Assembly (NCBI RefSeq): GCF_036321535.1
Contig: NC_087437.1
Span: 98,458,001 to 98,522,000, forward strand
Length of the DNA: 64,000 nt
Source of the DNA: Camelus dromedarius
Taxonomy: Eukaryota
Direction of reading: 5' to 3'
A program made the translations under genes and the position numbers. Below the pieces are notes generated by a model. That model made no database searches and had not been told where the DNA came from. It saw only the letters and a list, made by a program, of their open reading frames with translations. Position 1 is the stretch's first letter. The number at the start of each line of letters is the position of its first letter. Below are positions 13,548-25,994 of this stretch, piece by piece.

Positions 13548-15894
13548 GGCTAGAATGATCATCATGTAGGATCTTGAAGGCAGGTTAAAAGCATTGGGCT
13601 TTATGGTGAGAATGAGGGGAACCGGTTAGAGGGCTGCCAGAAAAGGTGTGATGTGGTCATATTTCTGTCTTAAAAACCATTTCTGGCTGCTGTTGAGGAA
13701 GAGCAGCTGATAGATCTTTGCAAAAGTCAGATGAGAGATGATGGTGGTTTGGACTTTGCTTGCCTTAAAATGTATATCCCCACATTTCCTCAACTTTGAA
13801 CGGGGGAGTGAATGAACTGGATGTGGAGAAGCAGAGAAAATAATTGGACTCTAGAGAAAGGGAGATGTGCTCTTCTTCAGGATTTTCTGAGTCTCATAAA
13901 AACACCTCCTCTTTTCCTTCCTAGGATACAGGAGTCACTGCTGGCCGCCCTGGATGGTGGTTACCACACAGGTCTCAACACCTGCTCCACCTCCTCCAGC
14001 TGCTTTCCTACTTCCACTCTGCACTTTCCACTGAGAATTGTCTCTTGTGGGCTCCTCTGCCCAGTTGGACTCACTCTAGAAACAGATGTATGCTGATTAC
14101 TGCTCCATGGATTCCCAGAGTCTTCCCTGGCCCAGCACAAAATCTTATGTCTATCAGTAGTGTCAAATGCTTTGAAAATAGAACATCTGTCTCCTACTTC
14201 AAAAGTGCATTTCTAACAAATTCCACAAAACAGCAGTCTGTCATGCCTGATTCCGCCAAACACACGGCATCAATTTCTAAGATTATCCAGATTTTATTTT
14301 AACTGATGCTTTTCAATAAAAATAATCCATCATGGGTCTTTATATCTAACAGCTATCCTAAACCCTTTCTGAAAAGAGGCAAGGTTAGTTAATACAGCTA
14401 ATTTGGAAATAAATTTTACACTTGGAAGATTTTCCACTACCTAAATTCACAAGTCAGAAGAAATCCTGACTGGGTAGTGATAAATAGGGTTGCATACGTA
14501 TGAGTCATAGTCTTACTCAATGGGAACAGAGTGAAGAGTCCATTGCTCATACATGGCGGAATCTAGAGTCAGATGGCCCAAGATGCACTCATGAACCAGA
14601 TATATACTAGACCAGGGACTCTTGCACTGGGGGCTAGGAATATCTGGAGAGTAAATGTGTGAATCAGTCAGATGTAAGAAACAGGGAGTGCTTGAATCTA
14701 CTGGGAACCAGAGTGGCTATGCCCGCCTAAAGGTGTTCCAATTAAAAAAAGAAAAAATTAAGCCAGATGCTACCAGACAAAACATGTGTACAAGCATCAC
14801 TTGGCCGATAACTGCCAGTTTGCAAATTCTGATCAAAGGGAAAATAAAATAAAAACCCTAAAGACCTCCACTGGGAACTTCAAATCTAATTAAAGAGAAA
14901 ATATTGCTGAAATATTGAAAGACCAAAAAAAAAGATGTGCTGTTGATGTATAGTGGATGTTTAAAAAAAAATCCTGTCTTCTTTCTTTTGATGTTGCATT
15001 ATTTATAGTGATCATATAAATAAAGTGATTTTTCTCACTCTCTTTCTCTCACCATCTTTTCACCACCAGTATCTTTCCTCCACTCACTCAAAACATCACC
15101 AAATATTAGGAGCATGAGGTCAATCAGAGGAAGCAAGGAAATTCACAATCATTGCTGAACCACTGTCCTTAATGTGTCCTGCTGCATCTGTAAGCCCACG
15201 AAAGTAGGTCATCAAACTCTGAAGGGACATATTAACTGTAATGCCTGGTGCATAATAGAGCACATTAAAGACAGACTTTCAGCCTTAACTCTTAATCTGT
15301 TTTCCAGCTTTGGTAGATTTAAAACTCTGATATTCCGAGCACAACGTGACGCTTCCCTGGGCTACAGCTGTGCATTGCTTTCTATCTTGGGAGGAGTTGT
15401 TTTTGCACAGGTCTAAGGAAATGCAACACAAGGGAAATGCCATTCTAACAAATTTCAGGGGAGGGGGGAGAAGTACGCTTATTTTTGCTGCAACAGAATT
15501 TTGCTTAAGTAGCAATGTTGTATAGTTAATCAAACAGATACATAAAAGTGAAATTTTCAATTTAGTCTTTTAACATTATTATATGGTGCCATTTATTCCT
15601 TAAGAACCCAAAGACCTTTACACATATTAGGCACCATCTTTATCCCAAAGTTTACTTTTTGGGACTCTCCAGACCACTCTCACATTTTCTCAACTTTGCT
15701 CTTGAGACAGGTGGAGATAAAAAGAGAGAATCAAAATGGAGAGAAGGTGCTGGGGTTTTTTTTGGTGGTAACAGATGGCTTTTGCAATGGCTAAAAGATG
15801 ATAAAAGTATATGTGTTGTGGCTCCTTTGCGTACTTCATAGAAACTTTCTGTAAGATTCAGATCCACTGAACCCTCCCTGGGTTCCCTAAATCC

Positions 15895-16217
15895 TACTTT
15901 CAACAAATGTTGATGAAGGCCAAACATTGTTCTAAGCACTGTAAATGGGTTGGCGGCTGAGACAGACAAGGTTCATGTTCTCACGTAGCTGAACTAATAG
16001 ACAGGGAGACGGTCGATAAACAAACAAACTGGGGAAACGGCACACATACTGTACAGAGGATCGACTGGAAGCCTGGATGACTCCTTTAGATTATATGGTC
16101 AGAAAAGATGACTCACAGATTGAGGCAAGAGTGACAAAGAGGAGTCAGCCATGTAAAGATTCCAGGGAAAGGCATTCCAGGGACTGGGAACAGCCAGTGG
16201 AAAGACCCCAAGGCAGG
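15895..16217 (-). mobile_element. L2 LINE 3' fragment (appears to continue after the MLT1 at ~16745-16860)
   Basis: ttcaacaaatgttgatg..ttctaagcactg..; ggagtcagccatgtaaagattccagggaaaggcattccaggg..ggaacagc L2 motifs. Confidence 0.7.
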
Positions 16218-16745
16218 TGCACTTGTTTCCAATGGTTGCTGTTACAAAATACCACAAATTTAGGGGCTTATAACCACACAGATCGCTGTCTTATAGTTCT
16301 AGAGGTCAGAAGTCCAACGTGGGTTACACTGGGCTAAGATTAAGGTGCTGTCAGGCAGCTTTCCTTTCAGAAGCTGTAGGGGAGAATTTGTTTTTTTGCC
16401 TTTCCCAGCTTCTAGAAGACGCTGACATTCCTTGGCTCAGTAGGGGAGAATTTGTTTTTTTGCCTTTCCCAGCTTCTAGAAGACGCTGACATTCCTTGGC
16501 TCATGGCCCCTCCTCTATCTTCAAAACCAGCCAGGGAACGTCTGTAATTAGATCTGTCTGAATCTGACTCTCCTGACTCCCTCTTTCACTTATAAGAACC
16601 CTTGCTACTAAACATTTGGCCCATCTAGATAACTCTGGTTAATCTCCCCATCTAAAATCCTTAAATGAATCACATCAACAAAGTTTCTTTCACCAGGTGA
16701 GGTAGCGTTTTCACAGATTCTGAAGGTGTGGGCATCTCGGAGGAG
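16218..16745 (-). mobile_element. MLT1C/D-type MaLR solo LTR containing a 64-bp tandem duplication
   Basis: gctgttacaaaataccacaaatt...agttctagaggtcagaagtccaa...gcctttcccagcttctaga...cattccttggctcatggcccc...taatctccccatct...atcacatc (reverse-complemented MLT1 motifs). Confidence 0.85.
16376..16503. repeat. perfect 2 x 64-bp tandem duplication
   Basis: 16376-16439 is identical to 16440-16503 (gtaggggagaatttg...cattccttggctca). Confidence 0.95.
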
Positions 16746-18727
16746 CCATGGTGGAGATGAGCGCTTGTGTGTTGTAGGGACAGGAAGAAGCAGCGTGGTA
16801 GGACCGTAGTCATGAAATAGAAAATGACAGGGCGAGGACCAGACCTGATGTCCCAGTCGCAGTTGCAGATGACATCACTGCATTCACTGTCTCCCCGGAC
16901 CTCCGACAGACCTGGTGCTGCCCCTGCCACGGGAGCTCCAGGACCTTCAGGCTTTGGGGCTTCCGATCTCCCTTGCTTGATGGTAGAGCAAGATTAGAAT
17001 TCCTTAGTTCAGTTCTCTAGCTGTAAATACTACAAAACTTTAGCCCTTATTATATCATGTCATACTTTGCTTCATAAGATCACAGAATTTCAGACCTCAA
17101 GAAAATTTGAAAGATTGCCTCATTGGCATCTCAAGTTTTATGAAAAAGGACATCGAGATCAATAGAAGGTGAACGTCCTTCCGAAAAAGATGGACCCGAG
17201 ACCTGAAGTTGACTGTGCAGCGTCTCCATCCGTTTCTCTGGCGCGTGGTTACGTTTTAGGTGTGGATTACCTGTCCTAATTGCAACTGCTCCTGCGGTGC
17301 AAGGTGTTTTCCTGGGCTGACTGCTCCCTGGGCCAAGCACGCACTGCTTTGCATGCATAGAACAGTAGGTGGTGGATAATACTTGTTGCGGGAAAGGTTG
17401 AACCAGTCCATTGTCTTTTTTTTTTCCGCCCAGAACAGCTATGGTGACACAGACATCTTCTGATTTAGAGGATCCCTCTAGACATGCAACATTTTCATCA
17501 TCTGCAAGAATCTTTAAATGGATATCACGCAAACCAACCATATGAAGATGTACTTGACACTTCCCTAACTACTTAACACTCTTGGGTGAGGGTACTGACC
17601 AAAACTTGCTACCTAAACCTTAAATCATTTAGAATCTATTAGCAATTCATCTCAGTTTATTTTGAGGATTCTCTTTTCTCTGCAGTAAAGTTTTTACATA
17701 ATTAAACAAAATAGTTCAGAGAAGTTTGAGACTTTCCAATCCTCCCTATCAACTATCCCCCTCCAAATTTGACTTGTGACAAAAGATATGTCGACAGAAC
17801 AGTTAGTAAAGGACTTGAGGAAAGTCAAAACATGTGAAAGAGAGGAAACAGTCCTAATGATTAGTAGGAACTTGGTCATATAGATTAGAAAGTTGATTGA
17901 CACCAGAGGTAAGTTTTGCACTTTAGTTTTTGACTCTGAGCTTTGTAGATAATGTAATAACTGCTGGCAACTTCCAAACTTGCTCCTAAAAATAAACTAT
18001 TGAAGTAACTTCTGAAAAAAGCAGGAAATGGTGAGACAAATTTATTCATACAAAGAGGAACAAAAGAATTTCTTAGATCCTGTACTGGGTGAGAAAGCTG
18101 GTTGGGGCAGGTCCCAGAGGCAGAGCTGGGTGTGTCTGGGTGTGGCTGAAACCTGTACAGTTCAGGGAAGAAGGTTTACTAATCTCTGAGAAAGTAGGTG
18201 AAGACTGATCCACATTCTGGCCTTGACATATCACTGTCCTTTAACTTTCCTCAAGATCTCCAGGGTGGAAGTAAAAATATCTCTAGATTCTTCTTTAAAC
18301 TGTGTAATGTAGTCATCACTTCAAACTGTTCACCTATATCTTACCAAAGATAATTTATAACATTGCATGTGCTGTGTAAATCAGTATATTGAACCAAAAG
18401 CAAACCACAGGTTATTTATATAGAGGGCCAGCTCTCAGAACCTTCGGTTGATTTATTTCATTTCAGTGAAGTTAAGAGGAAAACACACATAGGGAGCAAT
18501 TTTTATGTTAATTATAAGGGTTTTTGCTTTGTTAAAAAGAGTGTGTTTCCAACTTACTTTAATTCTGAGTTTAGAAAGTTCTTAGAATATGTGAATCCAT
18601 ATAGCAGGTATTTTCAAAAATAGTTTGTTAGAGCCATTATATTGCAATGTTACATTTTCTATGTTATCTATATGATAGAATTTTAACATTTCTTTTTTTT
18701 TTTTTTGAAACTTCTTTCAGGTTTAAG

Positions 18728-18798
18728 AATTTTTTATTGATGTATAGTCAGTTTACAATGCTGTGTTAATTTCTGGTGTACAGCATAGTGATTCAGTT
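18728..18798 (-). mobile_element. very short 5'-truncated L1 3' end with diverged TSD
   Basis: ttttattgatgtatagtcagtttacaatg..ttctggtgtacagcatagtgattcagtt, flanked by aacttctttcaggtttaag and aacttatttcaagttaag. Confidence 0.75.
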
Positions 18799-21399
18799 AA
18801 CTTATTTCAAGTTAAGAGTTTTTCACATGCTGACTGTGACAATATTGTAAAACATGGTCCTAGATCCTAAGAAGCTCAGTAAGTACAAACTCCCTGAACA
18901 GGTGAAAATTCAGCAAATATTTACTGCTCATTTATTGAAGGCTCATCTTCACCAGAGACCCAAAAGATTTTGATTTTGCCTTTGCATTTTAGGACTTTAA
19001 GATCAGGCTGGTGCCATAAAAAATAGTATACTGTCAAGTGTGAAATATATGAAGAAAATAAATCTATAGATTTGAACCAGGAGTGAAAAAAAAGGTTTCA
19101 AAGAGAACTTGAGAACTTGAGTATTGAGTTGATTGATGAGCAAGATTTAGAAGATGAGAAGGGTGGAGAAGACACGCAGTAATAAACATAATGATGGCAC
19201 AGTAACAGATCATTGAATGCCTCCTGCATGCCAGCTCGAAGGCCAAGTCCTTTATGTATATTTCTAAGCCCAACAGTACATTACATTAAATTTGCGAAGA
19301 ATAGCCCCATTGTAAAGATAAAGCTCTTGCAGCTCAAAAATTTCACTGCAAGTTAATGACAGAACCAGGACCCAAACACGGATCTAGCCACTCCAAAAAC
19401 GACAATTTCCACCATGTAAGAGCATGAGCGCAGACATAAAGAGATTGTGATGAGATGGCTTGAGGAGAGGCTACACAACGCATAAAAACAGGCGGTAAAT
19501 TTGGATGGGTCACATGGAGCTAAATTGTGGAGGGATTTGAATGCCCAGATGAAAAGTTTAGACAGGCTCGCAACAGAGTAGAGAATAACTCTTGGTTCTT
19601 GGCTGAATTCAGGTAAACACTACTCATTCTATGCAGATTTGAGGCTCAGTTTTCTGCCCCTGGGTAGAAATACACACACAGATTCTTTTAGTGTAGCATT
19701 GGCTGCTACATAGGATATGCTTAATAAAAGGCAAATTTCCTTTTTTCCCCCGGGGACTCTGGATGTCTTCTCTTTTTTTCCCCTCCCTTTAGTGGCCTCT
19801 GCAGAGTAGGTAGGTCAAGGGTCCAGCTTTTCTCTTCACTCTCTTCTCTCCATCAGAACAACAACCCCAAACTCATATTTTTGTTGCTTTCTTTGCATCC
19901 TTATTGAGTATAACAGATGGAGCCTGAACCAAAGGACCATCGCTACAGCAGTGTGGACGGACGGATCTCAGGGAAGGCACAGTCTATCAGGAATGGATGG
20001 AAAACTTACACCCACATTTGGAAAAATGAGAAACTATTTCAAGAGTTAAGCCAGGAGATACATGTTTCAAGGACATGAGAAAGGGCTGCACTGAAGGAAA
20101 CAGAGTTATTATCCATCTTTTAGACTCAGAAATGGCAGAGATGCCTTGGGGAGGGGATAAATAGTTTAAAAGCGAGGGAGGGAGCAGCTTGAAATATACA
20201 AGAACTGAAGTGTTTAGAGATGAGAAAACACGCACGAGGTCTGGTCTTACCATATCAAAGAATTTTGGAGTGCTATTTGAGGAATAGGTTAAGAAATATA
20301 AAAAGTGATAGCAAGTAAACAGGCGTTCATACAAGCACTGGTATTGAGAACCAGCAACTGAATTTTAAAAGATATGTTATTCTTTTCTCCACCCAGAGCA
20401 ACTCTTCCTAGATCATCAAAGGCAGTTAACCTTAATTTATGCCAAAGACAAATGTAAAATTAGCACCAAAAAGAAGTTGTGGGTGGAAATCAGGGGGCCG
20501 GAGTTGATTGATTATGTCAAGAAATAGTTGCTCTAGCTTTGTACTCTAGCTAAACAGTTTAATACTAGGCAAAATTTACCACTATCCTCCATTCCCGGTT
20601 TTTTGTTATAGTATCAGTATATTTTCTACAAAGAAGAAATCTGAACATGATGAGAGGAAAGGGAATTTGTCCGGAAATTACAGGTGAGATTGGCATGATG
20701 GCTTAGAGAAAGCAAGCCAAGAGCATCCTTTCTGGAGACCCTACTTCCGTCTCTTCATTGCCTTCCTGCTTTCAGTCCCGAAACACCTTTGTCCTTACGA
20801 GTTTTGTTTTCTTCACTTCTTTCATTTTTTCAGTCTGGGAACCAAGGGTCATTTTCCAGATGAAACTACTGATCATTGAAAGTGTCAGTAAGTTATGCCA
20901 CCATTCGGGCAGTTGGTACAGACCCTGCTGCAGAAATGTGTGTTCGTCGGCTGATCCTGTCCAGTGCTCCTTCTAAATCTACAGCAAGAGTCATGTCTGC
21001 TTCCCTCACCTCTTCTCTCTGGTTCCCATGTGTGTATGTGTGCATGTGTGTGTGTATAGCATGTGTGTGCAGTGGGACAAGAGACCAAAGGCTATGGGCT
21101 AGAGGAGTTGGTATATAGGAGTTTCACAAAATACTGAACTCGTATTAGTTTTAAATTCTCAGTCTTGTAAATTCTCAGGAACTGGGATAATCATGTTTGC
21201 TTCATTGAATTCATCTTTACTCAAAACAAAAAAAAAAAAGAAAAGAAAATGAAAAGAACTTCAAGAAGCCTCATGTTCTCATCTTTAAGCTTGGGTTATT
21301 ATAGTGAATATAAAATCAGATTAATTTTCTCTTGTATCTTATAGCTGTCAGCTATGTAAACTCTAATAACCTTTGCTTGTACTTTATTAAACCTTCCTG

Positions 21400-22340
21400 C
21401 CTGGAGCAGGTGGCAAGATTCTGGGAATGAGAGGCAGGTGGAGTTGTGAGGCGAGGCTATAAATCAAGGTTCAATTGCTGTGTTCTGTTTGGGGTAATTG
21501 GTGTTTTGTTTATGGTAATTGGGACTGAATTTGGAGGCCAGGGCTGCGGCTTTGGCTGTCCTAAGTGAGCTGCCAACATACCCAACTGTACTGCTTTCAG
21601 AGCAAAGGTAATCAGGCATTCTTGAGGAGTCCTACTATTTTTCAGATTGAATAAATCTCAAACAGGTGCAGCCCTAATCCGGGGTTTTGGGAAGAGGCAT
21701 TGGAAAGCTGGCTGTGGGGCTGGTGTGCTCCAAGAGAAAAGCAGTGAGCAAAGAAAGCGCTGTAGAAGGGAGCAAAGCCCGGAGCCCAAAGAGCAGAGTT
21801 TGCATACCAAAAACATTACTGGCCTGGGAACCATGAAACTCCTGCCACCCTGCTGTGAAATGGGGAGGCTCTTGGAAAAGCCAAGTCTGGAAAATGAGCT
21901 CGATAGGGTTTGTGGCTTGTCCAGGGATGACACAACATAAAAGCTAGAGACTTGATGTTTCCAAAGGGTTTAGCTTTGTTTTAAATTTCCCTTCTTTTCT
22001 TATAAATAATCCAAACTCAGAGAACAGGATAAACGACTGGGTGGCATCCTCTTGTTACGGCGGGCTTGCAAAAATACAGTCGGGATGACAGAGGGCGGCG
22101 TGCATCCAGAAGCCAGACCTGCTTCTGTACCTTTTCACTTGCACTCCAGTGATGAGTTTGAAAACTGTGCATCTGAGCAAGATAAGGAAAAAAGAAGAGT
22201 GAAGGGAAGAAAAGAAGAAGAAAAGAGAAGGAGAGAGAGAGAGAGCACGAGAGGAGGAGGAGCAAGGGGGAAAAACTAGGAAAAAAACAAAAGAGGAAAG
22301 TCAGGCAGAGATGTGTAAACTTGGACTCTGACTCTCAAAG
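21400..22340 (+). promoter_or_regulatory. promoter-like region upstream of the candidate first exon
   Basis: No recognisable repeats and locally more CpG. TATAAA at 21458 and TATAAATA at 22001, a GGGCGG GC box near 22093, and a long purine tract at ~22185-22300. Confidence 0.5.
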
Positions 22341-22401
22341 TCGTTTTGGTCAACCAGCTTGAGCACAGATGGACTTGGTGGCTGAGAGCTGGAACAGATA
22401 G
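22340..22401 (+). other. candidate first (5'UTR) exon; TSS uncertain
   Basis: Follows a GA-rich promoter tract and ends ...GGAACAGATAG|GTGGGT (GT at 22402). A G-rich and (GT)n tract follows, as is common at first-intron starts. Confidence 0.55.
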
Positions 22402-22428
22402 GTGGGTGGGGCTGAGCCACCCTGCAGG

Positions 22429-22468
22429 GTGTGCGTGTGCGTGTGCGTGTGCGTGTGTGTGTGTGTGT
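22429..22468. repeat. (GTGTGC)4(GT)n alternating purine-pyrimidine microsatellite
   Basis: Read directly: gtgtgcgtgtgcgtgtgcgtgtgcgtgtgtgtgtgtgtgt. Confidence 0.95.
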
Positions 22469-24329
22469 TTGGGAGAGTGAGAGACAGCCAGGGAGGATGG
22501 GGAGTTTTTGATGCATGGTGTCCAGACAGGGCTGACTCCAGGGCTGACCCTTTGGTAAATGAGAGCTCGACACACAGGCATTTTTAAACATAAAAAGAAA
22601 AATGAGAAGAGAGTGAATTATTGTCTGAATTAAGCCTCAACTGCTCCAAAATAGACAAAGTAGCTGAGTGGTGAGAGGTTAATTTGGGGCCCCCAAACCC
22701 TCAAGCAAAGCTTGTAGAGGAATTCTGGGTCTTTGTTGGTAACTAAATGAATAGCCTGTAGGAACTGCCTCCAAGGTTCCGTAAACCAAAGCCTGTTCAC
22801 TGATCAGTAGTGAGAAAATCTTAGCAATTGAGTTAGTGTCTATACGTTCTTTGGTTGGAGGCATGGAAGTCAGAGTGTTTTCAGTAGAACTAGTATTTAT
22901 TTTATAGATAGAAGCTAATTCTTAACTCACTAACGACCCTACTTTCCCTTTTTCTGGAGTCCAGACCCTCTCTTAAAATAGCTGACACTTCAAGCTTACT
23001 GAAGATCAGCTCCTAATGTGTTGAAGTTCAGGACAAATGCGTTTACTTGGGAAGGAAGATGCTTGAATATACACTTAAACTGCTTGGACTTCCCGCTGCA
23101 ACAAAACACATCTTGGCTCCACTGGCTGGGGAAATGATGTATGTGACAGGGGTCACCATTATTTAACTCTAGTGCCACGGAGAGGCTGAATGGGCAGAAA
23201 GAAATAAGGAGAGGAGGAAAAAAAATGGGGCAGCCAAAAGAATGGGCAAAAAGAAAAGGGGTGCTGCTATGGTAAGGGAGAGGTGAAGTGACCCGAGTCA
23301 CTGCCTGGTGGGACATTTAATGGCACCAGGACCGCAGTTACCTTCTCCAAGTGTGAACTAGGAAACATTGTGTCTCCGGAGCAGTAGTTGCAAAGTGGCA
23401 CCTCTCCAAGGGCGGACTGCAAACAGAGGAAGAGCCTTCCCCGTGGAAGCACCAGCCCGTGTGGGGGCCGGATGGTGAGAACAGGCAGCGCAGCCCATCC
23501 CCACGGCGGGGAGAAAGGAGAGAGGGATCGTATTTTAAAGCTCCATTAACAAAGAACTTTACTCAAGGAGGAGCTGTTAATAAGTAATGAAACAAAGTGC
23601 CTGTTATGGAGATTAAATGCCCCTGTGTCTAGGTACAAAGTTCAGGCTGCAAAGTGTAGCTGTCACCCTGTCTATAACCCCACCGCAGCCTTAGAACCCC
23701 CGGTTCAAAGTGTGTCTTGCTGCCTTCCTGTTACCAGGCTGCCCTGCGCAAGGTCCGGCCAGGGTTCAGGGTTCAGCGTCTGAGGCTCTGCTGACTGCCT
23801 TCTTTGTTTAGCTGGGGCGAGCTTTAGATAAGCCTCGAACTGCTTATTTAAGACGATTATTACATACAACTGACAGATTATTTCCCCCAGATTCTTACAC
23901 TTACGCTTTACATGCAAGTTTAAATGGTACCAAGCTAATTCCTTTGAGGATTTGTGTGTGTGCAAAAGCAAGTGCTACACGGACATACGAAAGGTCACAA
24001 GCACATTTCTAAGGAGTAACTATGGTCCAAGCAGACACAAAAAGTAGGACTCTTTGAAGTACGTACTTGTGAGGGCAATTTCAAGACAGGTCGAAGAATT
24101 TCCTCCCCAATGATCGAAGATCAAATAAATGCTAGATTTACCCTTGATAACTGAACAAACCGTTTCCTCCTGGGACAGCAGTCTGGTGTTATTCATTTCT
24201 AGACAGAGAATCCCTCTTTGGTCTTTCTTTTTATTGATCGACAAAGGACTCAGAGGGAAACTCACTTTTTCAAGTGGTCGCCATTATTTGACCTGACCTA
24301 GCAAGAGTCTTGGGAGGGCGGCAAAATGT

Positions 24330-24435
24330 TAATTAGTATCCCCATTTCACAGATGAGGAAACTGCGACTCCAAGATGTTAGCAACTTGATCGGGGTCACG
24401 GAGTTAATATATTGCAGAACCGAGACCACAATCCA
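24330..24435 (-). mobile_element. MIR SINE core
   Basis: tatccccatttcacagatgaggaaactg...gttagcaacttg..ggtcac. Confidence 0.8.
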
Positions 24436-25199
24436 TCTCTTTACCTTTCCTCTCAGCACTTTTTCTACTAGCCTGGTGCTACCTGTTGTGTCCTGACCCC
24501 AATTTTAAATGGGCAGAGTGCTTTTTCATTCTTTACGGAAATGAAGAGGGCCAAAATAAAACGCAGGAGAGCATGCAGTTGGGGAGAAGTAATTTGAAAG
24601 AGCACTTCAGGTAAAAGTTTAGAGAAACAGGCTTTGATTCCGTGTTGGCCTAGTGCCAACATGCTCCTTCGCCCTCTCGGTCACGAGTGCCAAGGAGGCA
24701 GGATTTTCAACTGGTTACCCAGTAGGTCGGTTAGGGTGCTGCTCCTTCCAGTGATAGCATGGATTAATATTTTACCTCAGAAAGGAGCACAACCCATGGC
24801 AATACACTAGTGTCCCAAAAGCTTAGAATTTAGGAGATTATTTGCTTGTGACTCATCAAATCGAGCTAAGATTTCCTTTATGTTAGAAGAGACTTGAAAA
24901 GATCATCAGCAGGTTTCGCTCCTTTGGCAGATACCTGTCAAGGCCTACAATGTCCCAGGTATTTATTGAGATGTTTATTGGTAGATGTTTAGATGTATGA
25001 ATATTTTCCCAGTTATTTACTGTGCTCCATTGCATGTGAAGAAAAAGAAATGAACAGAAATTCAGACACATTCCCTTGCTAGTCCTCAAAGAGCTGGTAG
25101 GAAGAAAACTACAAATATACCTAGCCAGTGACAACAGAGAGGTATAAACAAAATACTAAGGAATCAGAAAGAGCAGTAAGAATTAGGGCTGAGGTTTTA

Positions 25200-25415
25200 G
25201 TTACTGAGTGCCTGCTCAGGATCAGACACAACAATCGGTGTTTGGCTGATGGGAAAGCTTTTAATCCACACAACCGCACTGGATGGTAGATACGATCTCC
25301 ATTTTACAGATAACTGCACTGAAGCTCAGTGCGGTGAAGATACTTGTCCAAAGTCACACAGCCTGTGAAGAACAAAACATGGGTTTGATCCCACGTTTCC
25401 ATCTAAAGTCCATGT
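25200..25415 (-). mobile_element. MIR SINE
   Basis: ttactgagtgcctgct..ttaatccacacaacc..ctccattttacagat..actgaagctcag..acttgtccaaagtcacacagc. Confidence 0.75.
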
Positions 25416-25994
25416 AAATGTTGGAAAAAAATAAAACCAGCCAAGGAGAGAAAATAAATGATGAGAATGGAAGGACAAGAATGAGGGCTATGTTACATTC
25501 TGAATGGCAAGAGGAAAGGGAGTCCTGGCTAACAGTAGGTGGTGAAAGACACAGAGGCATGGATTTCAGAAACCAAAAAGGGATGTAGGAGGTGGCTCAT
25601 GAATTCACGAAGCAGAGGATGGGGAAGCTCCAAGCATGAACTCCTAATCCCTCTAATTCGTAATGATCAAAAGAGTGGAACAAGATGCACTTTTAATGTC
25701 ATCTTTTACTGGCTCCTTTTCTCTGTACTCACCCACAAGAAAGATTTTATACCTTTCTCATTGCTTTACATGTGCTCTTACATCTTGCAATGATTACAGC
25801 TACCACTTGTACTTCAAAGATATACCCTAACCTAGATCTCTAGCCCAGATCTCTCTCTTTCAGATACTGATTTGTATTTCCAGCTGCTCACTCAATGTGT
25901 CCAGCTGGACAACTCAGAGACACCTCCATCTACTTCTGCAAACCTGCTTCTTATACTCCCTGCCTTGGACCATACCATTTTCTTGCTTTAGTCT

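Noticed and set aside
22052..22591. ORFs over the promoter and first exon (Glu/Arg/Lys-rich; HT/VC repeats)
   Set aside because: Products of the GA-rich tract and the GT microsatellite.
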